A DNA stretch of 64,000 nt from Macrostomum lignano (Eukaryota): positions 1-64,000 of the forward strand of contig NIVC01001341.1 of NCBI GenBank assembly GCA_002269645.1. The letters run 5' to 3'. Shown here piece by piece: positions 13,651-26,952 of the stretch. How positions within the stretch are numbered: position 1 is the first letter of the stretch; each line of letters starts with the position of its first letter. The notes under the pieces were generated by a model. That model did no database searches and was not told the DNA's origin. It saw only the letters and a list, made by a program, of their open reading frames with translations. A program made the translations under genes and the position numbers.

Positions 13651-14339
13651 CTTCGCAGAATAACAAAACATTCGCAGAATAACTTTCGATTCGTTTAATA
13701 ACTTTCAGTGTCCCTGTACTGGTTGGTGTCCTTTCGCATGCGCTTGTGTGTAGTGCAGTCTGCTAATGCTGCTAAATAATAGTTTTAAGTTTTGAGTGCT
13801 AGTAAATCTGTATTTTAGAGGCCAATTTGATAATATAACACTGGCTTCTAATGGATGGATTGTATTTGTTATTTTAATTTCAGGTTTTCAAATTTGTATT
13901 AAAAACTGCATGAACTGTATTTAATTTAACTCGAGTAGAAGTATGTGTTCGATTAATAGATTTGTATGTACATTAATTTTTTATTACTCTGCGAAGCTAT
14001 GAGTGTACATTTTTTATGTCTCACCATTTGATTTCTGTTGATAAGTTTTGTTGTTCATTTACTAGACCGAAAGATTAGCTGCCAAAGAAGTTTTGAATCG
14101 CTTTGTAAAACGTATTTGATTTCTGTATACAACAGGATGGTATTAATATTAATCATAATCATAATCATAATCGTTTTTCCTTGAAGCTGAATCCCCCTGT
14201 CTCCATATTTTCATTTTTGCAGATCTGAAATCTGATAATAATATTTATTTCAATAAAATACAGTGTCAACTCTTTCTCTCTCCTATATTAATGCTTTTCT
14301 GACTTCGTTTTTCTTGCTCCTTAATTATAGAAATTCAAA

Positions 14340-15045
14340 AGCGGTCATAATCATCCTCATAATTGGTCATAACAGTCATACCGCAACGGTTATAAGCATC
14401 CTCATAATTACTCATGAGAGTTAAACCGCAACGGTCATAAGCATTCTCATAATTGGTCATTAGAGTCATACCGCAACGATCATAAGCATCCTCGTAATTG
14501 GTCATAAGAGTCATACCGCAACGGTCATAAGCATCCTCGTAATTGGTCATAAGAGTCATACCTAAACGGTCATAAGCATCCTCGTAATTGGTTATAAGAG
14601 TCATACCGCAGCGGTCATAAGCATCCTCATAATTGGTCATAAGAGTCATACCGCAACGGTCATAAGCATCCTCATAATTAGTCATAAGAGTCATACCGCA
14701 ACGGTCATAAGCATCCTCATAATTAGTCATAAGAGTCATACCGCAACGGTCATAAGCATCCTCATAATTAGTCATAAGAGTCATACCTAAACGGTCATAA
14801 GCATCCTAATAATTGGTCATTAGAGTCATACCGCAACGGTCATAAGCATCCTCATAATTGGTCATAAGAGTCATACCGCAACGGTCATAAGCATCCTCAT
14901 AGTTGGTCATTAGAGTCATACCGCAACGGTCATAAGCATCATCATAATTGGTCATAAGAGTCATACCTAAACGGTCATAAGCATCCTCGTAATTGGTCAT
15001 AAGAGTCATACCGCACTGGTCATAAGCATCCTCATAATTGGTCAT
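14340..15045. repeat. 39-bp minisatellite
   Basis: Unit GGTCATAAGCATCCTCATAATTGGTCATAAGAGTCATACCGCAAC-like, period 39. Confidence 0.93.
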
Positions 15046-15192
15046 GCTCTCCGATCTTATGTATGCATATCTAATTGTAGATGTCAGCCGTGGTCTGTCA
15101 ATAAGTTTTTAAACCAAAAGTGAATTTTATATCTTTTACCTAAACAGTGATGCTGATTTTTTCAGCCTCACGCTGCCTTCACCGGATAAAGC

Positions 15193-18100
15193 ATGCCAAG
15201 CGAAAAAGTGGCCAGATGGGAGGTGCCCCTCAGCGACGGAGTCTACATTGTAGAGTTTGAGCACGGCACTACTACTGGTGGGCGGGCAGTCTTTATTAAT
15301 GGACGAGTAAGTAGCAATATATGTATATTCGATACACATTTGGTAGTTTTTGTGACAAAAAAAAATTTTTAGAGTTTTACGTCTAGCGATTCTATGTTGA
15401 AATTTGGGTGATTCTCGGGTGAGATTTAGGGCGAATAGGCGATTCTCGGGTGAGATTTAAGGCGAAAAGGCGATTCTCGGGTGAGATTTAGGGCGATTCT
15501 CGGGTGAGATTTAAGGCGATTCTCCGGTGAGATTTGGGGCGATTCTCAGGTGAGATTTAAGGCGATTCTCCGGTGAGATTTATAGGGGATTCTTTGGTAA
15601 GATTTATTGACTATTCTCAGGTGAGATTTGGGGTGATTCTCTGGTGAGATTGATAGGCGATTTCCGAGTGAGATTTAAGGTGATTCTCTGGTGAGATTGA
15701 TAGGCGATTTCCGAGTGATATTTAAGGTGATTCTCTGGTGAGATTTGGGGTGTTTCTCAGGTGAGATTTGGGGCGATTCTCCGGCGAGATTTATAGGTGA
15801 TTCTCGAGTGAGATTTTGGGTGCTTCTCAGGTGAGATTTGGAGTGATTCTCAGGTGAGATTTGGAATGATTCTCAGGTGAGATTTGGGGCGATTCTTCGG
15901 TGAGTAGGGCGATTCTCAGGTGATATTTATGGCGATTCGCGGATGAGATTTGCGAGCGATATCACTAGAACTTAATTGAAAAAAATTCGTCGCCCTATGT
16001 GAATCGCAATCCAGTGCATTCGCCGCGAGGAGTTCATGTTTAAACTGGTTGGCTCAGAGGAGTTCAAAATCAAAGATACTCGTTGCGTCATTCGAATTGA
16101 CGCTGTCAGCGGTTTTGCTTACGAATACTGCTTGTACGTCAATGGTAAACCGTTGGAAAAGTTCACGGAGAACCAGTCCAAGGTGCTCAAGTGTTGGCTG
16201 TGTCCAGTGGATGGCAAGATGACCAGAGTTGTGCTGGAGAAGGACACCTTGGATGTCTATGTTAATAGCAAGCGGGTGGAGACTGCCGTGAGTTGCTGAG
16301 GGTCTGCCCCTGTGTCTCAGATCCTTCAGTGTCTGTACACCCCCTGTGTCTAAGAATCTTCAGTATATGTACACTCCCTGTGTCTCAGATCCTTCAGTGT
16401 CCTGTCCTATCCTGTCTCAGATCCTTCAGTGTCCTGTCCTATCCTGTCTCAGATCCTTCAGTGTCCTGTCCTATCCTGTCTCAGATCCTTCAGTGTCCTG
16501 TCCTATCCTGTCTCAGATCCTTCAGTGTCCTGTCCTATCCTGTCTCAGATCCTTCAGTGTCCTGTCCTATCCTGTCTCAGATCCTTCAGTGTCCTGTCCT
16601 ATCCTGTCTCAGATCCTTCAGTGTCTTGTCCTATCCTGTCTCAGATCCTTCAGTGTCCTGTCCTATCCTGTCTCAGATCCTTCAGTGTCTTGTCCTATCC
16701 TGTCTCAGATCCTTCAGTGTCTTGTCCTATTCTGTCTCAGATCCTTCAGTGTCCTGTCCTATCCTGTCTCAGATCCTTCAGTGTCCTGTCCTATCCTGTC
16801 TCAGATCCTTCAGTGTCCTGTCCTATCCTGTCTCAGATCCTTCAGTGTCTTGTCCTATCCTGTCTCAGATCCTTCAGTGTCCTGTCCTATCCTGTCTCAG
16901 ATCCTTCAGTGTCCTGTCCTATCCTGTCTCAGATCCTTCAGTGTCCTGTCCTATCCTGTCTCAGATCCTTCAGTGTCCTGTCCTATCCTGTCTCAGATCC
17001 TTCAGTGTCCTGTCCTATCCTGTCTCAGATCCTTCAGTGTCCTGTCCTATCCTGTCTCAGATCCTTCAGTGTCCTGTCCTATCCTGTCTCAGATCCTTCA
17101 GTGTCCTGTCCTATCCTGTCTCAGATCCTTCAGTGTCTTGTCCTATTCTGTCTCAGATCCTTCAGTGTCCTGTCCTATCCTGTCTCAGATCCTTCAGTGT
17201 CCTGTCCTATCCTGTCTCAGATCCTTCAGTGTCCTGTCCTATCCTGTCTCAGATCCTTCAGTGTCCTGTCCTATCCTGTCTCAGATCCTTCAGTGTCCTG
17301 TCCTATCCTGTCTCAGATCCTTCAGTGTCCTGTCCTATCCTGTCTCAGATCCTTCAGTGTCTTGTCCTATTCTGTCTCAGATCCTTCAGTGTCCTGTCCT
17401 ATCCTGTCTCAGATCCTTCAGTGTCCTGTCCTATCCTGTCTCAGATCCTTCAGTGTCCTGTCCTATCCTGTCTCAGATCCTTCAGTGTCATGTCCTATCC
17501 TGTCTCAGATCCTTCAGTGTCCTGTCCTATCCTGTCTCAGATCCTTCAGTGTCCTGTCCTATCCTGTCTCAGATCCTTCAGTGTCCTGTCCTATCCTGTC
17601 TCAGATCCTTCAGTGTCCTGTCCTATCCTGTCTCAGATCCTTCAGTGTCCTGTCCTATCCTGTCTCAGATCCTTCAGTGTCTTGTCCTATCCTGTCTCAG
17701 ATCCTTCAGTGTCCTGTCCTATCCTGTCTCAGATCCTTCAGTGTCCTGTCCTATCCTGTCTCAGATCCTTCAGTGTCTTGTCCTATTCTGTCTCAGATCC
17801 TTCAGTGTCCTGTCCTATCCTGTCTCAGATCCTTCAGTGTCCTGTCCTATCCTGTCTCAGATCCTTCAGTGTCTTGTCCTATTCTGTCTCAGATCCTTCA
17901 GTGTCCTGTCCTATCCTGTCTCAGATCCTTCAGTGTCCTGTCCTATCCTGTCTCAGATCCTTCAGTGTCCTGTCCTATCCTGTCTCAGATCCTTCAGTGT
18001 CCTGTCCTATCCTGTCTCAGATCCTATTCAGTTTTTCAATAAGCACTGTGTCATTCACTGCATGGTACTTCAATCAAATTTATATCAAGTTCATAACTGA

Positions 18101-18295
18101 AGTTTTTGAATCGTCAAAAAATGCACACACGCACAGGGTGAATTCACTGACGACGGCACAGAGACCCACTTTAACATTAGCGGCCACGCCTGCTACATCA
18201 AAGCCATCACTAGCGGGCACAAGCGTACTGGGCTGCTGCACGCTCTGATTGTTGACGGCTGCGAAATACCCGAAGCATCTGTTGATCAATGGTAA
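15193..18295 (+). CDS. FAIM: Fas apoptotic inhibitory molecule (181 aa); exons 15193-15306, 16015-16287, 18137-18295
   Basis: WEVPLSDGVYIVEFEHGTTTG / MFKLVG..IDAVSGFAYEY / VVLEKDTLDV / GEFTDDGTETHF are diagnostic FAIM segments. Phase-0 GT/AG junctions. Confidence 0.93.
15400..15960. repeat. ~22-bp degenerate minisatellite, FAIM intron 1
   Basis: Unit GGGCGATTCTCGGGTGAGATTT. Confidence 0.88.
16310..18025. repeat. 32-bp highly homogeneous minisatellite, FAIM intron 2
   Basis: Unit TGTCTCAGATCCTTCAGTGTCCTGTCCTATCC, ~53 copies. Confidence 0.97.
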
Positions 18296-20514
18296 GTCAT
18301 TTTCTATACATATCGGTAGGTTTGCAATCTGGAGGGTCAGGTTACCCAATTTTTGCCATCATGTCTAGAAGATTAATTATTGCTTTCCTTTGTTTAAAAT
18401 AGTTTGATTTGCTATTTTTTCTACTAATTTCGCTGTGTCAAATATTTTTAGTATATGCTTTTGCAGTTAAGCTACTAAAAGTAGTTAAAATCTCCATTAT
18501 CAAATTTTAATTATAACTTATTTTCAGATAATTTTTACTTCGACAAGTCATTTTTGGCAAGTTGGTAAATTTTAAAGGGTAGCATTTTCTATAGCTTATC
18601 TATATATATCTATATATTCGTATTATTGTTGTCTGAAATACGTTTTATATAGTCCGTAGGATATTAACAATTGTACTTTTATGTCTGATTGCCCTTGATA
18701 ACTCATATATAAAAGTGCTTCATGTTTCGCCTCGTTAAATAATAATGTAGTTTAAAAAAACTGTATATTGTTGTCAATTAAAACAACTTAAGAGTAGACA
18801 GGATTCTTGAGTCTACAAAAATTGTCATTTTAATCCATTTCAGCTCCTAACAGCAAAGCTTGAGTACTGGAAGTTCAAGAAGAGAGAGATGTTGCAAAGT
18901 TTTTCATTTTTATTGTCACTATTAAAAATTATAAATATTACTCAACATAATTAGTCTACTCGAGTCTTGTCACCTGTTTTGCTACGAGTAATAGCATTTA
19001 GACACTGGCCTATATTATTATTATAATATTTCAACTACAAATGCTTATATGCGTACTGAAAATGCGATATACAGCTTAGCAACATCAAATAATACTTTGC
19101 TGTATCAAAAATGCACTGTTTTTTTAGAAACTTTAACATCCGAGTACATTTCTGTCCTTTTTTCTCGTCTATTTTTTCTTCATATTTTTTATGTTTTAAT
19201 TTTAACTTCTTGCTTTACTTTTTCGTTGTCTGTTTTTTTTTTTAACACACATGTAGAGTTTACATGTCGTATGATTTTAGAAAGTCAAAGGGCCGCTTTG
19301 CGCAATGTGCTCAGAAGTCAGTGGAATAGGGGACCTAATCTATCGCAAGCTCGAAATATAGATTTTTCGACAATAAAACATTCACTCTACCTAGACAGAC
19401 CACAGATACTAGAATAACTAGATGGGCCACTGAGCAAACTTGCGTGTAAGCTACTTTCAGTTCAGTAGTAAGTTAAACTGAAGAATTTTAATGTATTTTT
19501 AAAGCCCAGGCTCATTTTATTGGCTCCTTGCCCCCAGACTTAAAACGTCCGACCGCGCCTTTCCACACTTCCCCCGCCCCGCCCCGATTTTTATTGCCTT
19601 TCTCGGAATTCCAGCCTAAAGCGGCAATGTACATTTCAGCAGACTGACTAATGTACATTATTGCTGAACCAATTAGCAAGTTGTTTACGCCTGCAAGCTT
19701 GGGCTTCTAAACTTATCAAAGTAGTTTCAACTGCCTTTTTTATAAAATAGCATTTGTATATTCTTTTTTGCTACTGAACTGAAAGTAGAATGCTGATTTA
19801 TCAAGTATATATATATGCCTTAATGACTTTAAGAGTGGCCTATCTAGTTATTTTAGTATTTGTGCTCTAGACCAAGCTCGTCATGTATTGTATGTATTTT
19901 TCTAGAATCAGAATCATGTATTTGTGACTGTGCACCATTTTTTATCTTATAGTCATTTTACTCCGTCCAATTTGGATTTTAATTACTCCGGCCATTCTTA
20001 CAAAACAAACTTTTTTCACATTTTCGTGTTTTTTTACACCTGCCTGTAGCTTTGCTCTACCCGCGTTCTATCTTGTCTGTAAGCCTTTGTCGGATAAAGG
20101 TAATTGAAAACAATAAATGTATAAGTGGATTTTTTAATTTAAAAATGCATGTTTGCGTGAAAATGCGTTTTCAAGTGCTTTTCTTGTTGATTTCAATTTT
20201 TATTGTACGCTTGTAGAATAGGACTAGTTTGAGAGTTTGTTTTTTAAGGACTTCGATCAGTCAGCTCCTCGAGGCTTATGTCTCTTCACAGCTCTGTTCT
20301 ATCCAGTCTCCCCTCTTCTCTCTCCCTTCATCTAGCACCTCCTTTATCTTCTCTTTCCTCTATTCCCTCTAATCTAGTTCGGAGCTAAAGTGTTTGCTGA
20401 CCTCTACTTTAAGAATATAAGCAATTCTTCACCTTTTTGCGTTCATTTTTGACAGGCTTCTAAATAGATACGTATTGGACATAGATTTTCCTGCTCAGGC
20501 TTGTTTCCTTGCAC

Positions 20515-21010
20515 ACAGATCCAGACCATAGACAAATCCGATGGTTATGTGAAGTCAGTGAATCGTTGCACACAGATCCAGACCATAGACAAATTCGATG
20601 GTTATGTGAACTCAGTGAATCGTTGCACACAGACCCAGACCATAGACAAATTCGATGGTTATGTGAACTCAGTGAATCGTTGCACACAGATCCAGACCAT
20701 AGACAAATCCGATGGTTATGTGAACTCAGTGAATCGTTGCACACAGACCCAGACCATAGACAAATCCGATGGTTATGTGAACTCAGTGAATCGTTGCACA
20801 CAGACCCAGACCATAGACAAATTCGATGGTTATGTGAACTCAGTGAATCGTTGCACACAGATCCAGACCATAGACAAATCCGATGGTTATTTGAACTCAG
20901 TGAATCTTTGCGCACATATCCAGACCATAGACAAATCCGATGGTTATGTGAAGTCAGTGAATCTTTGCGCACATATCCAGACCATAGACAAATCCGATGG
21001 TTATGTGGAT
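20515..21010. repeat. 60-bp minisatellite x8
   Basis: Unit ..CAGACCATAGACAAATCCGATGGTTATGTGAACTCAGTGAATCGTTGCACACA.. Confidence 0.93.
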
Positions 21011-21328
21011 ATATAGGGATCCATGTCAAAATTGAGTCTTTATTATTGCTCCTAGTGGAAAATTGAACTCAAAAAGATGTAGAGATATATTATCATGATA
21101 GCCAAGCTATGAGAGCGTGAAATTCCCTGAATTTTTGCGCGATAGCTATAACAATTCTTTTTTGCTGAAGAGGTGCTGTGTTAATAACTATATAATGGAG
21201 TCTTGTTGTTTATTATAGTTATTACGGAACTAATTATTGAATTTGTTGTTATCATTACTAAAACTGACTAGCTAATTTTGAGAAAAAAACTTTTTTATGT
21301 TATTCAAAAATATCCATCAGCTCCGATA

Positions 21329-24300
21329 ATGACAACTGTCAACGCTGCTGACGATCATGCTGATCTGTTGTCTACCGAAACAGCTACAGAAAAACAACAA
21401 TCAACGGTGTCCATTCCAAATCTTGGCCATATTAGCGACAATAACTTATTTAATAGCAGTTCAACTAGAATAAAATTAGTTTGGCAAACCGCTTGCATTG
21501 CGGCTATTAGTGCGGTTGTATTGAAATTATCGTCAGCGTGGAGTTTGGCGACATATTTAGCGGCAGTTGTTGGCCTAGTACTGCTCTATTGGAGCTATGA
21601 CCCTAAACAGGAGAAGAAGGCTGAAATCAGCCGGTCTAATCGAAGCGTTAATCGTAGAAATCAATCAACGATTAGTGATAGACGATTGCGTCCAGATAAT
21701 ACTTTGTTCTCCACTCTGGGTGTCACCTGCGATGACTTTTTACAGTTTCAAGCCATCACGGATCGGTTTAGCACCTTCCAGGAGATTGTGGAAGCTTGCA
21801 AAGCTACTCAGTTGGACTCCTTTAATATGATTGTTGCTGTGGACTTTTCGGCGTCTAACGAATGGCAGGGTAGACGGACTTTTCACGGGAAACCGTTGCA
21901 TAAGGTGAGTGTTGGAGTCTGCTGACTCGATTCTCAGTTGAGTTCAGAGGTGATGATTCTCAGCTGAGTTCTGAGGTGTCGATTCTCAGTTGAGTTCTGA
22001 GGTGTCGATTCTCAGTTGAGTTCTGAGGTGATGATTCTCAGTTGAGTTCTGAGGTGATGATTCTCAGTTGAGTTCAGAGGTGATGATTCTCAGCTGAGTT
22101 CTGAGGTGATGATTCTCAGATGAGTTCTGAGGTGTCGATTCTCAGTTGAGTTCTGAGGTGTCGATTCTCAGTTGAGTTCTGAGGTGTCGATTCTCAGTTG
22201 AGTTCTGAGGTGTCGATTCTCAGTTGAGTTCTGAGGTGATGATTCTCAGCTGAGTTCTGAGGTGATGATTCTCAGTTGAGTTCAGAGGTGATGATTCTCA
22301 GCTGAGTTCTGAGGTGTCGATTCTCAGTTGAGTTCTGAGGTGTCGATTCTCAGTTGAGTTCTGAGGTGATGATTCTCAGTTGAGTTCAGAGGTGATGATT
22401 CTCAGTTGAGTTCAGAGGTGATGATTCTCAGCTGAGTTCAGAGGTGATGATTCTCAGTTGAGTTCAGAGGTGATGATTCTCAGCTGAGTTCTGAGGTGTC
22501 GATTCTCAGTTGAGTTCTGAGGTGTCGATTCTCAGTTGAGTTCTGAGGTGTCGATTCTCAGTTGAGTTCTGAGGTGTCGATTCTCAGTTGAGTTCTGAGG
22601 TGATGATTCTCAGCTGAGTTCTGAGGTGATGATTCTCAGCTGAGTTCTGAGGTGATGATTCTCAGCTGAGTTCTGAGGTGTCGATTCTCAGTTGAGTTCT
22701 GAGGTGTCGATTCTCAGTTGAGTTCTGAGGTGTCGATTCTCAGTTGAGTTCTGAGGTGATGATTCTCAGCTGAGTTCTGAGGTGATGATTCTCAGTTGAG
22801 TTCAGAGGTGATGATTCTCAGCTGAGTTCTGAGGTGATGATTCTCAGTTGAGTTCTGAGGTGATGATTCTCAGTTGAGTTCAGAGGTGATGATTCTCAGC
22901 TGAGTTCTGAGGTGATGATTCTCAGATGAGTTCTGAGGTGATTATTTTCAGTTGATTTTATTAGAGAAAATTCACACTGTGTGGTTGGTTGCGCGAGAAA
23001 AAGTCGGTTTTTAGATAAAAAAATGAGAACTGAAACAATTGAAGAAATGGTTGAACATTTTACATCAGATTATTGCAATTGGTTCAATTTTATCGAGTTA
23101 TATTAAAAAAATATATAGTAGATAATTCAAATCGGCAAACCAAGTTTCTTAAATTTTTAAAGCTGGTGGGAACACAGTTTGGAGTTTCCGGAAACAGAAG
23201 ACAGGTCAGATCAGGACAGGACAGAAAACTAGATTGACGGATTAAAAATTCTCAAAACATTGGCGAACACGCTAGCTAAATTTTTTTTATTAGTTTATTG
23301 GCTTTATAGTCTATGGCCCAGAGCAGTACTGTGAAAGATCAATAGAGGCTGAACTTGACCCAGTCGGCACTCGTCTCGATCTCCTCCTCCACCTGAGCAT
23401 CGGTGAATAGCAGCAGGCGACAGACTTTCAGCTTGCTGTTGTACAGCACGTGTCTGCAGTTGCCAGCACGCATAGCGGCAGCGACGCAATGTACAGAGTT
23501 CTTCACCTGCTGCAGTTCGGTGTTGCAATACTTATTTTTATGATTAAAATACGTTCTTTTAAAGGCAGTTTTCCTCCAGATATTCTCAGCAATTGGTCTG
23601 CCGCTCTGTGTAGCTGGGTCCAATATTCGCAGGCGAAACCGTTCCTTGTGACGCACCATTCGGGTGCAAGCTTATTTTGATCGTTATATAGCTTTCCCAC
23701 GCAGTCCATGCCCCCAGAAACTGACCATCCATTTAACCACAGCGAATCGTCCAGTGGTAAAATTCCGTTATCGTTAACTCGCTGCCAGCCGGATCTGTTG
23801 CTAACTCTTTCGTCAGCCAGATCGGTCAGTCCCAGCCATAGATTGCAGTCGCAGCTCAGGCTTGGCATGCTGCTGATTAACTTCAACGAACTGTACGAGT
23901 TAACAAGCTCGCCGCCAATTAGTGCGCATTGTTGATTCGCCTCGCACCAGGTGTAACCATTCTCCGTGTTAGCGAAAACGCATTTAGCAGCCTCTAGTTG
24001 ATAGGGAGCCGGACAGGCAGCTCCAACTAGTAGCGTATTGTTGGTCAAGACTAAATTAACAACAGTTAGAATGCAAAAGAGTATAGGATTGGACATTGCG
24101 CACTGCTTTTTTGACGATGATAGATGGAAACTTCCAGATTTCGATAAACTGCTTCACTTTCGAATTAGCCTTTTATATACTATTTTCCAAATAATTGTTC
24201 AATAAAAAATTAATTCAATTTATTTGAAATGCTTGCCAATTTATAATCCAGGGAACGATTCAAGGTTTGTTAGCGTTAATATTTAATCAACTAAGTGCTA

Positions 24301-26890
24301 ATTAACGGCGCTTCTGTTTTGTCACTTTACCAGTACTAATTGTTTTGCCTGATTAATAGATGCTAATTTTTTTAATCCGAAAGATTAAATGGGCTAGTTT
24401 TTCAAGTCCTTAGGCGGTTAGTTTAGGTTATTTTTGTCGAAAATCAATCAGCTACTGAGGATCTGGGAGGCTGGCCCAGCTACTGAGGATCTGGGAGGCT
24501 GGCCCAGCTACTGAGGATCTGGGAGGCTGGCCCAGCTACTGAGGATCTGGGAGGCTGGCCCAGCTACTGAGGATCTGGGAGGCTGGCCCAGCTACTGAGG
24601 ATCTGGGAGGCTGGCCCAGCTACTGAGGATCTGGGAAGCTGGCCCAGCAACTGGGGATCTGAGAGGCTGGCCCAGCTACTGAGGATCTGGGAGGCTGGCC
24701 CAGCTACTGAGGATCTGGGAGGCTGGCCCAGCTACTGAGGATCCGGGAGGTTGGTCCAGCAATTGGGGATCTGGGAGGCTGGCCCAGCAACTGAGGATCC
24801 GGGAGGTTGGTCCAGCAACTCTAGAGCGATCTGGGAGGATACTCGACCATACTAACTGTTGTGTCCCGAGACGGACCAGCCAGCTACGTCTTGCGCTCTG
24901 TACGAGCAGGAAAACGCAGCCCCAGTCCTGCTGCTTGCCAACCCACTGTCGCACAAACGCGCAGGCAGTAGGCCAGCAACCAGGGTCGCAGCGAACGCAC
25001 AGGCCCCGGTGACAAAGTCCTAGAGGCACTTGACCCCGAAATAACAGGAACAGAACGATACTTACTGTGGCGCGGATACTTGGCGCGCTGGGCGTCTATG
25101 TTGAACACGATTGTTGGCACGCTTGTTTTTGGTTTATTGTCATATAGTATACTATTTGCGGCGAAGGAGTCAGAGGAGAAGCGGTCGCATGGGGGGGGAG
25201 GACAGGAGCGCACGCCAATAAATATCTGCCAGCACAACATGGGGTGGGGCAAAAGCTGCAGGGTAAGAGAAAAGGCGGGGTGGGCAGAGAGAGCGAGCGG
25301 GGATTGGCTGCAGCCACACAAAACGCGACTGGGGGTAGAAAACCAGAATTACAGAAAACAGCGACAGCCAATGAGAGAGCACGGAGGGGGAGGGATAATA
25401 ATAATCAGGGGTGAGAAAGTTGCAGACATAGGCTGGACAAATACGAGGGGTGATCAAAAAGTTCTGCAAGTGACCTCACAACTCTGTGCTGCAGCAGCCG
25501 AGGCGTCTAATCAGTGTCACATTCCCTTAAAGTACTTTCCACCACTATCTATGCACCGTCGCATCCGTGTGCACCATGTCTGAAAGCAGTCATGGTACTC
25601 CAAAGTTGGTATACCCTGTAGAGCTGAATGTACCGCTTGGGCAAGGTCTTGCATGCGTGAAAACGGCCTCCCAGAAACGACGGATTTGATCCTCGGGAAC
25701 AGCCAAAAGTCGGAAGGTGCTAGGTCTAGAGAGTAGGGTGGATGGGGCAGCAGCCGGACCCCCTGCTGCTCCAGGTACGCCATGGTTGATGCCGCTCTGT
25801 GCGGTGCCGCATTGTCATGGTGCAGCAGGAGTCGAGGTCCATGCCTGGTTCGCGCACGTTCCTGCCGCTCCTGCAGCACGCCTGGCAGAACAGTGTCTGT
25901 GTAGTACCTGGCAGTCACTGTGGCACCCGCTGGAAGGATGTTCACCGATACAACACCCTGAGAGTTGAAAAAAATGGTGAACATCCGCTTCCGACTGCGG
26001 AATCCGGTCTTCAGCACCTCAGGCCTTGGCTCATCTTCTGCCAGCCAGACCATGTTGGACTGCTTATCCCTCATGGTAAAGAAGGAGATACAACATTTGT
26101 CTCCTGTGATGACATCTGACAGTTGTCGTGGGCCGTGGGGCTCAAACATTTGCAGCCACAAGCGACAGATGCGCACCCTCTCTGCTTGCTGCTCCGGAGT
26201 GAGAAGATGGGGTACCCACCGAGCGCAGGTCTTTGTGCGGCCTAGTTGCTCATGCATGATGTTATGAGCACTTCCATAGCTGACACCAAGCTCATAGGCA
26301 ATGAATCTTAGCAAAAAGCTCCAATCCTCATGAATTATTGCATCGGCATGGGCCACGACATCTTCGGTCACGGATGTCCGGGGTCGGCCAGACCTTGGTT
26401 CATCGTTGAAGCTGTCCCAGCCTTCCAAGAAATGGCGCAGCCAGCAGGCAACTGTGTCAAATGATGGAGCAGAGTCAGCTAAAACATTCACAAAACATGG
26501 TGTGAATCTCTGTCACTTTGCAACCAAGTTGCATGCACATAAAGATATAGAAGCGAACACTGTCTTTTGATGTTTCCATCAGCTACTGAAAACACATGGA
26601 AAATATATGGCTGTGAAATTTTACTGGAGCACATTTGGAAGCCAAAAATGCATATAAATATAGCAAACAGATATAGCCGCATATGTGTAAGTTTTTGGCT
26701 TTTGCTGATTCTATAACTAAAAGCTATAACAAAAGGTTGCAGAACTTTTTGATCACCCCTCGTAAACAACTAAGAACAACTATGAAATAAACAACTACAA
26801 TAATAGTTCATCAATTGATTGGGTCTAGTGCAGTGGCACCAAAAAATAACAAGTTGCAAGCATGGAAGGGGTGGGGAGGGTTGGCAGAGG

Positions 26891-26952
<62 letters not shown>

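Noticed and set aside
14335-15045. Protein-like 13-aa repeat MTLMTNYEDAYDRCG on the minus strand
   Set aside because: A 39-bp array interrupted by an in-frame TAG near 14790, with no unique N- or C-terminal coding context.
16293-18248. 537-651 aa ORFs in all three plus frames
   Set aside because: Translations of a stop-free 32-bp array lying inside FAIM intron 2.
20460-21066. 60-bp repeats as a CRISPR array or repeat protein
   Set aside because: No unique spacers, no cas genes, eukaryotic context; simple tandem units.
24830-25440. GC-rich segment with overlapping ORFs next to the mariner
   Set aside because: No consistent frame or homology; probably repeat remnants.
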